A program made the translations under genes and the position numbers. Below are positions 39,784 through 50,303 of a stretch of DNA of 64,000 nucleotides, piece after piece. The stretch comes from an uncultured virus (IMG/VR IMGVR_UViG_3300042363_000251). Taxonomy: Duplodnaviria > Heunggongvirae > Uroviricota > Caudoviricetes. Positions within the stretch are counted from its first letter, which is position 1. Each line of letters begins with the position of its first letter. Location: the IMG/VR virus record IMGVR_UViG_3300042363_000251. The stretch is one strand, 5' to 3'. The notes under the pieces are model-generated. The model ran no database searches. It was not told the origin of the DNA and saw nothing but the letters and a program-made list of their open reading frames with translations.

Positions 39784-40795
39784 TAGTTTTCTCCTTAATG
39801 TATGTATCGTATAATGCAAAGCTAGCAAGGTTTTTTGCTTTGCTTTCGCACAGCATGTCGGCCCACTCATTGTGAGTTATAGCCCAATCATTAACCGCTG
39901 TGTTCCAATAGTAATCAGAATGAGCGCGAAGGTGTTGTTTTTTGTGCCCAGTTTCTAATAGTGTAGTAAGATTGGGTAGTGTGTTTTTACAATGATTAAC
40001 TAAGTAATCTTCGCGTGAAACACTATAATGAATAACAGGTCTAACACCGCGCCAAGAATCAATCACTCGCTTGATACGATCATCTGTAGCTTCAATATAC
40101 TCACCTGTTTTCACCCAATGATGATGAATATCTAGGACTAGTGCAACATGATCTGCAAGCTCAAGTGAAGCATCCAATCCCCATGTCATTTCGTCATTTT
40201 CAATAGTGATCATGTTTCTTGCTTCAGGAGACAAACGAGGCAAAACGTCAATAATACCTTGAGGACCTTTTCTGCCAGAGATATGCACATTGATCTTAAA
40301 GTCTTGAAACTGTTTGCCATAGCCCATCATGCGAGCCATATCAACATGATATTCAAATTCTCTAATAGAGTTTTCTACTATAGAGGGAGTTTCCGAAGCT
40401 AGCACTGTAAACTGACCGGGGTGAAATGAAAGTCTAACGTTATGCTTTCTAGCAGTTTCACCAATGGGCGCAAATAGTTGCTCCATGCGCTTTACTACGT
40501 CAGGCAGTTTGTAAAAGTATTGCCAATCTTCGTGAGTGTAGGCTGTCATCATGTCGCTCGTCAACCTCACAATTCTAAGCTCAAGTGGAAGTTTAGCAAC
40601 ACGCATAACAAGATTATGTGTGTGTTTGATGTTAGTTTCCATTACTTCCCACATTTTGCGTTCAGCTACATTCTTGCCCACTTTTTTCAAGTAAGTAAGA
40701 GTAGTGCCGCCAGTGTTAAGACCTTCAACACTTTCAACAAGACCTTTCTTGTTGATTGCTACAAATTTACACGCAAATCCAATCTTTTTGATCAT
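39776..40795 (-). CDS. uvsE: UV-damage endonuclease UvsE
   Basis: RLSFHPGQF, INVH, IENDE, LDIHHH, HYS, AHSD, ESKAKN. Confidence 0.92.
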   Translation of the reverse strand: MIKKIGFACKFVAINKKGLVESVEGLNTGGTTLTYLKKVGKNVAERKMWEVMETNIKHTHNLVMRVAKLPLELRIVRLTSDMMTAYTHEDWQYFYKLPDVVKRMEQLFAPIGETARKHNVRLSFHPGQFTVLASETPSIVENSIREFEYHVDMARMMGYGKQFQDFKINVHISGRKGPQGIIDVLPRLSPEARNMITIENDEMTWGLDASLELADHVALVLDIHHHWVKTGEYIEATDDRIKRVIDSWRGVRPVIHYSVSREDYLVNHCKNTLPNLTTLLETGHKKQHLRAHSDYYWNTAVNDWAITHNEWADMLCESKAKNLASFALYDTYIKEKTNV

Positions 40796-40869
40796 TGTAG
40801 ATACCCAGTATAATGATAGACTAGTTAAGTATACACGGTTATTTAGAAATGTCAATAGATTTGATGAGA

Positions 40870-40893
40870 AAGGGGTATATTATTATACCCCTT
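40870..40893. terminator. Hairpin, probable terminator
   Basis: AAGGGGTATA-TTAT-TATACCCCTT perfect stem. Confidence 0.6.
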
Positions 40894-40898
40894 ACATA

Positions 40899-42167
40899 TC
40901 AATGCTTTAAGAGTAGGGTACTTAGTACGCCCTGAGAGTTTGCTGTTAGATCGGGTTCACCGGGAGCAATGATAACATTCCATATATTGTTTATAGAATC
41001 TTTACCCTTTTTCTCCCATTCATCATAGCTAAGAATAGTATTTTTATTTAAACCGTATTTAATTGCTAGTCTGTCTTTAAGAGTATCTAATGTTCCTGGC
41101 TGAAGTTGCCATTGTCCACTTGGTCCCTTTTCCAACTTTCCGTCTTTCTTGAGCAACAAATCTTTGAATAATTCGTCGGGAACAATTCTAGAGTTCTTTG
41201 TTTTTTCTAAGTTAGGATCAGTTGCTTTAACTTGTCTTTCTTGTTGTTTACTAGCACCCTCACTCCAGTTTATCATAAAGTTGTCTGGTTTCTTTCCTAA
41301 TGCTGCTCCAGCGATTTTAGTGTAAGCATAGAAATTAACATCAGGTATAGATTGAGCCATTTTAAATGCCAAATCCATATACTGCGGACTAAAGAAATCC
41401 CCAGCATCGTGCCATCTAATAGTAACACGATATCCGTTTTTATCTCCTAAACGTTTTTCTTTTTCAATTTCGGTTTTCAATTGATTAAAGAACCCGTCTG
41501 GATCATTTAACAAATATGTTAATATTCTACCATCGCTTATCCATGCGTTCTTGAACTGAATCTTTCCGCCTTTCATAGCAAAACAATCAACTTTACATGA
41601 TCCAGCACCCGGACATGTATTTACGATAATCAATTTATTATCTGATTCATCAACTGCGATACCAGTTAACGCAGCAAAACCAACGTTAAAGAACTGTTCT
41701 AGTTCTCCGCTGGAGTGTTTCATTTTTTCGTTTTCTTTTAACAGTTCTTTTGGTCTTTGAGACAACACATCAATAACTTTCTTTTCGTCATATCTGTTAC
41801 CCGCCGCATCGTAATATTCTATTACGCTAGATCGGTGCATGTATGGTAATTTATATCTATCTGTCTTTTCTTTACCCGATACATACTTTTCAATACCTTT
41901 CTTATCTACTTTAGGATTACCTTGTTTATCTAAGTCAGGTGTTCCTATGATTCTTTTCATATAATCTTGAAATTCTTGATCACCAAATTCTCTAGAAGGA
42001 GCCGAGAGTTTCGTAGCTTCGTCTACAACTTCATCTTCCGAAATCTCGTCATCACTTAGTTCAGCTTGTACGAATTCTTCTGGTGACATTATCTCTACGC
42101 CAGCAGTTGACCCCGGAAGCGACTCTGCCGCTTCATTAATAATATCTAAAAGTTTTCTAAAATCCAT
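40899..42167 (-). CDS. Gp88-like putative Fe-S (radical-SAM-like) protein with acidic propeptide
   Basis: CPGAGSCKVDCFA (CX5CX3C), RWHDAGDFFS, YAYTK; N-terminus MDFRKLLDIINE. Confidence 0.65.
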   Translation of the reverse strand: MDFRKLLDIINEAAESLPGSTAGVEIMSPEEFVQAELSDDEISEDEVVDEATKLSAPSREFGDQEFQDYMKRIIGTPDLDKQGNPKVDKKGIEKYVSGKEKTDRYKLPYMHRSSVIEYYDAAGNRYDEKKVIDVLSQRPKELLKENEKMKHSSGELEQFFNVGFAALTGIAVDESDNKLIIVNTCPGAGSCKVDCFAMKGGKIQFKNAWISDGRILTYLLNDPDGFFNQLKTEIEKEKRLGDKNGYRVTIRWHDAGDFFSPQYMDLAFKMAQSIPDVNFYAYTKIAGAALGKKPDNFMINWSEGASKQQERQVKATDPNLEKTKNSRIVPDELFKDLLLKKDGKLEKGPSGQWQLQPGTLDTLKDRLAIKYGLNKNTILSYDEWEKKGKDSINNIWNVIIAPGEPDLTANSQGVLSTLLLKH

Positions 42168-42189
42168 AATAAGTTACCTGTCAGTTGTA

Positions 42190-43032
42190 CTATTTATCTA
42201 AAGTAAGCAGTTGTTCAACAGTATACAACTCTACCATATACGGTGAAACATTTTCTAATACACTTGATGGTAAGTCCCCTTTCCTCCTAGAACCTTCTTT
42301 AACTTTAAAGTCACAGTTGTTTACTTGTTTAAATATATCAACCATTTCTCTTACAGTGTGACCGATCCCGTGCCCTAAGCTTTCTACTTTGTTACTAGGA
42401 GTTTCAATAGCTAACTTTAATGCAGTACATATTTCCATAACATGTACATAATCTCTAACCGCTGTACCGTCCCATGATTCTCTATAGTCAGTACCAAAGA
42501 TAGTAAACTCATCAGTGTCTCGTGCTTTCATTAAATTATACATTAAGCCGTCAGGATTAGTTGGCTTGATACCATAATGACTACCGATCACATTATAAAA
42601 TCTAAAAATAGTATAATCCATTGGCTTGTGTACAGTACACATTTCTCTTACACAATCTTCTGCTGCCCGTTTACTAATACCATATGCTGATTCACACCCA
42701 ACCGCTGCTCCAGTAGATGCAAATATAAAGTTGTTAGTTGGTATTTTATTCATTACATTTGTTGTACCATTTAGGTTAGTAAAATAGTACAGCATAGGCA
42801 TTTGTTCACTTTCCCCTACATTAACTAATGCTGCTAAGTGAATAACAGCGTCATATGGTTCAGTTTGATCTGGGATAGTAAACAGTCTAGTAATGTCTAC
42901 TTGATAAAACTTTTTGATAGGTACTTGAGGTTCTTTAACATCTAAACCATGTATTTCATATTCGTTTTCTAATAGTTTGCAAAGATGTGAACCAATATAC
43001 CCTGAGCAACCTGTAATTAAAATCTTTTTCAT
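42190..43032 (-). CDS. galE: NAD-dependent sugar epimerase (GalE-like)
   Basis: GCSGYIGSH, HLAA..VGES, YGISK, RFYNVIG, DGTAVRDYVHV. Confidence 0.85.
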   Translation of the reverse strand: MKKILITGCSGYIGSHLCKLLENEYEIHGLDVKEPQVPIKKFYQVDITRLFTIPDQTEPYDAVIHLAALVNVGESEQMPMLYYFTNLNGTTNVMNKIPTNNFIFASTGAAVGCESAYGISKRAAEDCVREMCTVHKPMDYTIFRFYNVIGSHYGIKPTNPDGLMYNLMKARDTDEFTIFGTDYRESWDGTAVRDYVHVMEICTALKLAIETPSNKVESLGHGIGHTVREMVDIFKQVNNCDFKVKEGSRRKGDLPSSVLENVSPYMVELYTVEQLLTLDK

Positions 43033-44384
43033 TATAATCCTTCAAATAATGCATTTGGTGTATCATCTGTTGGTACAAAAGTTAAATCTTTTGTTAACCA
43101 TGTATCTTGATCTGTATATATTACTCTAAACTTGTGTTTATTAGATAATACGCTTTCAAAGTCCTCTCTTGCTATTTGTGTTCTGTTGAGGTCTTTTATA
43201 TAGTCTTTGTAATTTACGGTTTCGTAAGTGTTTATCTTAGCTGTATTAGTTTTTGCTTGTTTAGCTTTAAAGTCAACTAACAACTGTTCCCAGCCTTCTG
43301 CAACTTGATCATCTAACGATCTGACGTAATCCAAAGCTTCAGGAAGTTGATTAATACCAGCTAACGCCAAGATATATTCATGTGCTTGTGATAAACTTGT
43401 TTTATGATAGAATTTGCTATCAAAGTTATCTGACCAATCTTGAGTATCTAGAACTACGCAAGGCATGTGTCCTAAACATTCTAAAAAGGCAAACGGATAG
43501 TTTTCTCTTAAACTAGGCATGAAAAATATTTTAGAACTTTTAATAAAGTCTACTTTTTCACTACCCACTATACCTGCTTTTATTTGATAGTCTGTTATAC
43601 CTGCTTCTTTAAAAGCTTTTTCAAACTTTTTAGCACCGTTGGAATTAGTCATTACTTTGCAGGGTAACTTACACTCTTTCATCACTTTAATATATGCTTC
43701 AGGGTTTTTACCTTCTTCCCATCTGCCGATAAACAACACACCCGATTTAGTTCCTGCATAGGGTTCTAGTAATTGTCTTTCGCTCATTGGCATTTTTAAC
43801 AGCTTACAATTAGTAGAACCATGTTTGGTTAATTCGTTGATATTTTTTTGACTTTGTGTTCCTATAATAATATCACTAAACTCCATGTGCTTGTTATAGA
43901 AGTTGTGATAACTTGATAGAAAAACATCACTACCTTGTGTTTCTCTAAAGATCATACTGTGTAAATGAGTATAGAACACGATTGGTATGTAGCTGTTTAG
44001 AGTCATTGCATAAGCAGCAGACATTGCTTCCTGTGTGTTACATATTAGCATATCATAAATGTTTGTTTCAAACCCGATAATAATAGATTTGCGAAAGTTT
44101 ACTATCTTTTCAAAGTTAATAGTATCACTAAATGCAAATGTATTAGTATGGTCAGTGTATCTAAGGTTGTCTGAAGGATAAACAATGTTTGCACCTAATG
44201 ACTGCAACAGTTCACTAAACTCGTTAGTAGGTTTTTTATCTACGATGATATCAACTTTCCATTGTAGTCTTGCACACATTTCAGTAAAACCTTTAGCAAA
44301 CTGGCCTATCCCGCCGTGAGGGATAAGATGCTGGTCGCTTATTAAAAATCCAATTCTTTTGTTATATGTTTTTATGTTCCCCAC
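43032..44384 (-). CDS. GT-B (GT4-like) glycosyltransferase
   Basis: HGGIGQF, FIGRWEEGKNP, PSLRENYPFAFLE. Confidence 0.75.
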   Translation of the reverse strand: MGNIKTYNKRIGFLISDQHLIPHGGIGQFAKGFTEMCARLQWKVDIIVDKKPTNEFSELLQSLGANIVYPSDNLRYTDHTNTFAFSDTINFEKIVNFRKSIIIGFETNIYDMLICNTQEAMSAAYAMTLNSYIPIVFYTHLHSMIFRETQGSDVFLSSYHNFYNKHMEFSDIIIGTQSQKNINELTKHGSTNCKLLKMPMSERQLLEPYAGTKSGVLFIGRWEEGKNPEAYIKVMKECKLPCKVMTNSNGAKKFEKAFKEAGITDYQIKAGIVGSEKVDFIKSSKIFFMPSLRENYPFAFLECLGHMPCVVLDTQDWSDNFDSKFYHKTSLSQAHEYILALAGINQLPEALDYVRSLDDQVAEGWEQLLVDFKAKQAKTNTAKINTYETVNYKDYIKDLNRTQIAREDFESVLSNKHKFRVIYTDQDTWLTKDLTFVPTDDTPNALFEGL

Positions 44385-45217
44385 CTATTCCCAAAAAGCG
44401 GGATATGAAGTCTATCGCTGTATCTTAATCCATGTTTCATAGCTAGTTCAGCTACCCGTTGATTGTTTAACCTATATACGCTTTCTACGCCACCGATTGG
44501 CATCAAGTAAACAGGACCTTTGAACCCTTCTTTTCTATACAATTCAGTTACTTCTATAGCTTCCATAGCATCTTCATCGGTTGCTATAACAAACTTTAAG
44601 TAAGTGTATCCTGCATTTTGATAATCTACAACGATTTCGGGAATAATAGCATCTTCACGTTTTTCACCTGAACAACTTAATTTAGGACTTACTGAAAATG
44701 TGATTTCTCTATCCCAATGCTGAGCCGCCCACTCATTCCTTAAGTAATGTCTAAACTCTTTAAACAATGGTTGTGTGCCATTAGTTTCAAACGTAATCTC
44801 TTTTAATGATTGCATCTTTGGATGATTTAATAAGTCAGGATAAGATCGTTGCCACCCTAACAAAGGTTCACCACCAGTAATAACCAAATGTTCGTCACGC
44901 CATTCTTTAAATGGCAACAGATTAACTATTGCTTCAGCAATCGCATCAGTAGTAAGTTTAGGGGATAAGTGTTTAAAGTTTACATCCCAGCTTGCGTAAC
45001 TGTCACAACCAGTCGTAACTAATGGCAAGTCATTATAGTTTTTATAGCTTTTAGGATGAATTAGATTTCTTTCGTTACTGATTTCACCTTTAGGCATACC
45101 AAATCCTGAACAAGTGAAGTTGCAACCAAATGTTCGTAAGAATACACTTGGTACACCAGTATATCTGCCTTCTCCTTGTACTGAATAAAATAGTTCGCTG
45201 ATCTTTATATTAGACAT
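44372..45217 (-). CDS. queE: 7-carboxy-7-deazaguanine synthase (radical SAM)
   Basis: ELFYSVQGEG..GVPSVFLRTFGC, ITGGEP, ETNGT, SVSPK, RLH. Confidence 0.9.
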   Translation of the reverse strand: MSNIKISELFYSVQGEGRYTGVPSVFLRTFGCNFTCSGFGMPKGEISNERNLIHPKSYKNYNDLPLVTTGCDSYASWDVNFKHLSPKLTTDAIAEAIVNLLPFKEWRDEHLVITGGEPLLGWQRSYPDLLNHPKMQSLKEITFETNGTQPLFKEFRHYLRNEWAAQHWDREITFSVSPKLSCSGEKREDAIIPEIVVDYQNAGYTYLKFVIATDEDAMEAIEVTELYRKEGFKGPVYLMPIGGVESVYRLNNQRVAELAMKHGLRYSDRLHIPLFGNRWGT

Positions 45218-45412
45218 TTGTATCTCGTTTAGTTTTCAGGGTCGGGTTCTCTACCGGTCTGCATGATAACTGACTATCACACAAACCGTATCTAGTAGTT
45301 TCTGTTATTATCTCATAACCGTTGTAAATTACAACCTTTTCGGTAGTTTCTGTTTCTAAAAACTTTTTAAAAGAACCAAGTGTGTCCCATTTTAACTTTT
45401 TGGGTACATACA

Positions 45413-45961
45413 TTACTTCCACCAGTTTTCCCAAGAAAACTCTATCCAAGAATCTTCTTCAGCTTTGTTAATAGACAAAGAAGTATAGGCTATATCTTTA
45501 AAGTCGCTGGCTTCATTGTTTATCAATGTAGCAAACTTTACATTATGATTCCATACTGTATCCCAGGCATACCTTTCATTTGGCATACATGACGATTCCC
45601 AGTCTTTCTTAATCCATTTGATAGTTTCACCCGTATCATTGATATCATCTACAATCAAGATATTCTTTCTACGTGATACGTCCCAACGTGACTTTTCAGT
45701 TTGTCTTATTTCAGTTGACAAGTAGCCAAAAGCATGTTCAGGCATCCAAGCATTACACTCTTGTTGCGCATGGTCTCTTAAACTAACTCGCAATGTTTCC
45801 ATTGGCACATTATAATACTGACTGATTAAAAGTGCAGGAAGTAAACCACCTCGCGTAATACCCACAACGTAGTCAGGTTTATATCCAGACAAAGTTATTT
45901 GTCTGATGATATCCATAGTCATTTTTTGTACATCTGAGTTTGATAACGTTACTGTGTTCAT
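45413..45961 (-). CDS. Type I purine phosphoribosyltransferase (Gpt/Hpt-like)
   Basis: VVGITRGGL, ILIVDDINDTGET PRPP-binding loop, WIEFSWE. Confidence 0.85.
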   Translation of the reverse strand: MNTVTLSNSDVQKMTMDIIRQITLSGYKPDYVVGITRGGLLPALLISQYYNVPMETLRVSLRDHAQQECNAWMPEHAFGYLSTEIRQTEKSRWDVSRRKNILIVDDINDTGETIKWIKKDWESSCMPNERYAWDTVWNHNVKFATLINNEASDFKDIAYTSLSINKAEEDSWIEFSWENWWK

Positions 45962-45962
45962 A

Positions 45963-46427
45963 TTATCCTTCATAAATTGCTGAGTTAGCATCATGTTCAA
46001 ATACTTCTACGCTTTTAACAGATACTGTTTTGTTTAATAATGTGCCTGCTTTTTGGCTTTCGTCTAAAATTTGCGTCATTTTCTTAAAAGCCATTTCAGC
46101 AAATCGTTCACATCCAACTGCTGGAACAATTCGCAAATCAGCTACATGTGTGGGCAAATTCTTTAACTGTTCAAGTTCGGGATCATCTTCAGCTACTAAC
46201 AAAGTATGATCAAACATGTGTTCTAGCCACTGTTTAAATTCTTTAAGCCCGCCAAAATCCATGACCCAGTTTCTTTCATCCAAGCTTTCACATTCAAAGA
46301 TGATTTTAACACCTATTGAATAGCCATGAAGTAGCGAACAATGACTATGAGTAGAACGCCACTGTCTAAAGCAACAGCTTAGTCCCCTGTCATTACCATA
46401 TGTTTTTGTACTATAAAACTTACCCAT
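45963..46427 (-). CDS. queD: 6-carboxytetrahydropterin synthase
   Basis: HCSLLHGY, WVMDFG, FDH, CE, VFE. Confidence 0.85.
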   Translation of the reverse strand: MGKFYSTKTYGNDRGLSCCFRQWRSTHSHCSLLHGYSIGVKIIFECESLDERNWVMDFGGLKEFKQWLEHMFDHTLLVAEDDPELEQLKNLPTHVADLRIVPAVGCERFAEMAFKKMTQILDESQKAGTLLNKTVSVKSVEVFEHDANSAIYEG

Positions 46428-46884
46428 TCTTTCTCTCCGATTCTGTTACTCGTTTACGTAAACTACTAGAGCTAAAACTATGATTTCTTTTATTATAAAT
46501 GATTTCTATGTCAATTGCAAGACAATATTCTTTACCAGTGAAATCTTTGTCCATGTACTCTGCTCCCAATATACGAACATCTACTGGAAGTATTTTTAGT
46601 AAATCAAGCAAGTCTTGTTCAGTTTGGTATACCACAACTTCATCTACAAACCTACATGAACTTAATTGTATCTGTCGTTCAACGATACTTTGTACTGGTT
46701 TGTTTTTGGTGTCAGGTCTATCTATAGTTGGATCAGTTTGTAATCCAGCGATCAGGTAGTCGCAGTGATTTTTAGCTTCAGCTAACATTGCTATGTGTCC
46801 GGCATGAAGAAGGTCAAAAGCAGAAAATACTATGCCTATCTTTTTTCCTTCTTCTTTTAATTGTCTAATTACATTAAAGATCAT
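46420..46884 (-). CDS. TagD/RfaE-like cytidylyltransferase
   Basis: FDLLHAGH (HxGH), KPVQSIVER, SSSSLR. Confidence 0.85.
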   Translation of the reverse strand: MIFNVIRQLKEEGKKIGIVFSAFDLLHAGHIAMLAEAKNHCDYLIAGLQTDPTIDRPDTKNKPVQSIVERQIQLSSCRFVDEVVVYQTEQDLLDLLKILPVDVRILGAEYMDKDFTGKEYCLAIDIEIIYNKRNHSFSSSSLRKRVTESERKNG

Positions 46885-47567
46885 TTCTGAGGTTTTCCCA
46901 TTCGTGCAATGCTTAGAAACTCTGCTCTTGCTGCTGGATCAGTTTTGAAACCTCCACCTAATTTACAAGTTACTGTGCTTGACCCAGTGTCTTCAACACC
47001 GCGGCTCTTAACACAATAATGCTGTGCATCTATCATAACAGCAACATGTTCAGTTTCTAAAATATAGGAAAGTGCATGGAATACTTGTTCAGTCAGTCTT
47101 TCTTGGATCTGAGGACGCTTACTGAAATACTCAACAATCCGATTGATCTTTGAAAGACCCAGAACCTTTTCCTGGGGTACGTATGCTACAGTAGCAAGAC
47201 CATCAATGATTACAAAGTGATGTTCACAATTAGATTGTACGTTTACGTTGCGTTCAACGACCATTTCGTCATAGCCCATTTTGTTTGCAACAGTAGTACA
47301 TTTTGGGAATGCATCATAGTCTAGACCCCAAAAGATTTCATTAACATACATCTTAGCAACACGCTTGGGCGTTTCTATAAGACTGTCATCAGATAAATTT
47401 AACCCGAGGGCTTGCATAATATCGGTAAACTTAGCTTCAATGATTTCAATTTTGTCTGTGCGACTTAGATTGTTTTCAACTTGAGGAGTTTCAACTCCCA
47501 TTTTGACTAGATATTTGTGTATCTTTTGACCCAACTCTGGATCACATTTTACTTTATTAAATGACAT
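46881..47567 (-). CDS. folE: GTP cyclohydrolase I
   Basis: ETPKRVAKM, CEHH, GLSKINR, RPQIQERL, HYCVKSRG. Confidence 0.95.
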   Translation of the reverse strand: MSFNKVKCDPELGQKIHKYLVKMGVETPQVENNLSRTDKIEIIEAKFTDIMQALGLNLSDDSLIETPKRVAKMYVNEIFWGLDYDAFPKCTTVANKMGYDEMVVERNVNVQSNCEHHFVIIDGLATVAYVPQEKVLGLSKINRIVEYFSKRPQIQERLTEQVFHALSYILETEHVAVMIDAQHYCVKSRGVEDTGSSTVTCKLGGGFKTDPAARAEFLSIARMGKPQK

Positions 47568-47647
47568 TTATATTCTCCTTTTGAAAGCATCTAACGTTAA
47601 TGCTCAACGACCTTTCGGTATTTGCTACCTTTGTGTAGCAAAGATAT

Positions 47648-48751
47648 TTATCTCTTGTCAAGAAACACCGAATTAAATTGTTTGTTCACTCTAACAAATG
47701 TTGTACACTTTGACAAGTCTTTTAGGCTCGTTGCACCAACATAAGTACAAGTACTGCGAACCCCACCTAAGATATCTTGTACTGTTTTAGCTACTGGACC
47801 TTTGTATGGAACCTTAACAGTCCTACCTTCTGAACTACGATATTCTGCTACCCCGCCATGATGTTTAGTCATAGCAGTATCGGAACTCATACCATAAAAC
47901 TGAACAAACTGCTTCTTTTCTTCAAGCTTTCCCAAACGATTACCGGTTTCAGGGTCAAAGATTATTTGATTGGTTTCGTATACTTCTTCAATTATTTCTC
48001 CGCCACCTTCTGTGTGACCAGCAAGCATACCGCCTAGCATTACAAAATCTGCGCCACCGCCGAATGCTTTTGCTATATCACCAGGACAAGTACAACCACC
48101 ATCAGCAATGATATGACCGCCCAAACCGTGTGCTGCGTCCGCGCATTCAATAATGGCTGATAGTTGAGGATACCCAACACCTGTTTGAATACGAGTAGTG
48201 CAAACACTACCAGGACCAATACCCACTTTAACAATGTCTGCTCCACGTAAAATTAACTCCTGTGTCATATCTGCGGTAACTACATTACCTGCAATAATAG
48301 TTTTAGTTGGACATAATTTTCTAACTTTAGCAACAAACTCACCAAAGTGTTCTGAATATCCGTTAGCTATATCAATACAAATAAACTGTATCATGTCAGG
48401 ATACTTATAAAGAATACTTTGTAACTTTGTAAAGTCACGATCACTAGTACCAGTACTGATAGCAGTATTGTAAGAAAAGAATTTTGAAAAATTATCTTCC
48501 AAATCTTCTAAAGAATAACTTTTAACTAAGCAAGTAATCATATTATATCCAGCAAGCGCAACTGCTATGTCAAAAGTACCAACACCATCCATGTTTGCAG
48601 CTAGGATAGGCACACCAGTCCAATTTGCGTTACTGTGCTTGAACTGATAAGTTCTTTCCAAACTTACTTCTTTTCTGCTAGACAGTGTTGATCTTTTTGG
48701 ACGGATTAGAACATCACTGAAATCTAGTTTTACTTCATTTTCAATACGCAT
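47648..48751 (-). CDS. guaC: GMP reductase
   Basis: [43 protein letters not shown]. Confidence 0.95.
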   Translation of the reverse strand: MRIENEVKLDFSDVLIRPKRSTLSSRKEVSLERTYQFKHSNANWTGVPILAANMDGVGTFDIAVALAGYNMITCLVKSYSLEDLEDNFSKFFSYNTAISTGTSDRDFTKLQSILYKYPDMIQFICIDIANGYSEHFGEFVAKVRKLCPTKTIIAGNVVTADMTQELILRGADIVKVGIGPGSVCTTRIQTGVGYPQLSAIIECADAAHGLGGHIIADGGCTCPGDIAKAFGGGADFVMLGGMLAGHTEGGGEIIEEVYETNQIIFDPETGNRLGKLEEKKQFVQFYGMSSDTAMTKHHGGVAEYRSSEGRTVKVPYKGPVAKTVQDILGGVRSTCTYVGATSLKDLSKCTTFVRVNKQFNSVFLDKR

Positions 48752-48752
48752 A

Positions 48753-49952
48753 TTAGTACTTGTTTTCCTTTGTGTGTTTTCTATAATCTGTAGACATACG
48801 TAACCATTGCTCGCCTTTGCCTTCTATGATGTCACAAATTCTATCAACAGTTTTGTCTGTCCAATCACTGATTTTGCCCATGTTTTTATGAGGTTTATCC
48901 AACAAAGATTCTAGTTTGCTGATCATATCTTCTATAGACCAGGGCACATACATTCTTTCATGATCGTTAGCAAATACTTCAGGGAAAGAACGATACGCAG
49001 GGAATAAGACATTACATCCTAGTGCGTCAGCTTCACTTACAGTATTACTAGTCCAATCTTGTAGTGCAGTATTAACTAAAACTCTAGAGTCTGTGAGTAA
49101 ACGATAGTACTCATTTTTAGACAAGTTTTCATAAATCGTAAGCAACTTTTCTTCTTGCATAGCTCTAGCCATATCAACAAATTCTTGTTTGTTACTACGC
49201 AACGTTGAGCCTGTAAATATAGAAAATTCTATTTCACCAAACATTTCTTTGGGATATTTAGCATACCATTCTTTGATTAACTGAAGATAAAAGTCTGGAT
49301 TCTTTTCTTGATCCCAACGTGAAGAAAAGCATACGCGCATTTTGCGTTTATTGAATAAGATTAGGTTATGATCTACACGTTCTCTAACTTCTTGCTTATT
49401 AAATGCTAAACCAGATACGTTGTAAATGTTTGCAGTCCATCCTGCTACTTTCATGTGTGCTACCATTTCTTCGTTTGATGCTAATACAGCACCTTTAGAA
49501 ATAGAAACAATAGTGTTGACCATTTGTTCGTATTCGCTCATCCACTTTTGCATACCCCAAACATGAACAAAGTCATCTGGATCAATAGTTTGTGCTAAAC
49601 AGCGAACAAAGATACGAGGTCTTAGATTTTCTGGCACTTGAGTGATAATATATCCCAAGCTTTCAAAACCGGGCTGAAACATATCTTCAAAGTAAATTAC
49701 GTCTTCATTTGTTACTTCACCCTGCTGCATCATACGAACCAAGTTCATCATTTGACTCATAGCAAAGTAACTACGTCCGTGTGCATCTAAAACTTGACCT
49801 ACTACAATTTGGTTAGAGTCATCAAGAGTTTCGCCCGGAACATAAACTACTTTCATCCTTCTATGATCAAATACTCGCTTGTTCCATTCAGTTAATTGAA
49901 GTGTGTACCTTGCTTCGTAACTTTCAAGCCCCATGTAAAACAGTTTTTGCAT
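48753..49952 (-). CDS. GT-B glycosyltransferase-like protein
   Basis: [27 protein letters not shown]. Confidence 0.65.
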   Translation of the reverse strand: MQKLFYMGLESYEARYTLQLTEWNKRVFDHRRMKVVYVPGETLDDSNQIVVGQVLDAHGRSYFAMSQMMNLVRMMQQGEVTNEDVIYFEDMFQPGFESLGYIITQVPENLRPRIFVRCLAQTIDPDDFVHVWGMQKWMSEYEQMVNTIVSISKGAVLASNEEMVAHMKVAGWTANIYNVSGLAFNKQEVRERVDHNLILFNKRKMRVCFSSRWDQEKNPDFYLQLIKEWYAKYPKEMFGEIEFSIFTGSTLRSNKQEFVDMARAMQEEKLLTIYENLSKNEYYRLLTDSRVLVNTALQDWTSNTVSEADALGCNVLFPAYRSFPEVFANDHERMYVPWSIEDMISKLESLLDKPHKNMGKISDWTDKTVDRICDIIEGKGEQWLRMSTDYRKHTKENKY

Positions 49953-49970
49953 TCTATCCTCTTTATTAGT

Positions 49971-50000
49971 AAAGAATGGGCTTGAAAGCCCATTCTTTTT
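49971..50000. terminator. Bidirectional Rho-independent terminator
   Basis: AAAGAATGGGCT-TGAA-AGCCCATTCTTT. Confidence 0.75.
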
Positions 50001-50005
50001 AGATT

Positions 50006-50233
50006 TTATCGTGATCCCGAAAGTCTTTCAAGTTGCTGAGCCCACTGATCTTTTACTTCCTTGCCAGTTAGTAGCTTGCCGTATTGACGCCAGACATAGC
50101 TACGATTGCTGTACAAGTCAGCTTCATCAAACCGGTACCCATACTCTCTACAGAAATTTCTATATTTATCCAAATCATCAAAAACTTTCTGAGTACGCGG
50201 ATTAGGTTTAATATTGTTAGTTGAACGTGACAT
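50006..50233 (-). CDS. Hypothetical protein
   Basis: 75-aa ORF. Confidence 0.6.
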   Translation of the reverse strand: MSRSTNNIKPNPRTQKVFDDLDKYRNFCREYGYRFDEADLYSNRSYVWRQYGKLLTGKEVKDQWAQQLERLSGSR

Positions 50234-50303
50234 AAATAAAATTACTCCAATAAGTAATTAAGGTTAAAGTTAAGTTGTTTGAGAAAATTTTATACACTTA
50301 TTC

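Noticed and set aside
47568..47650. Calling the folE leader a THF-II or preQ1 riboswitch
   Set aside because: Could not recognise the conserved cores by eye; kept only as an unassigned structured leader
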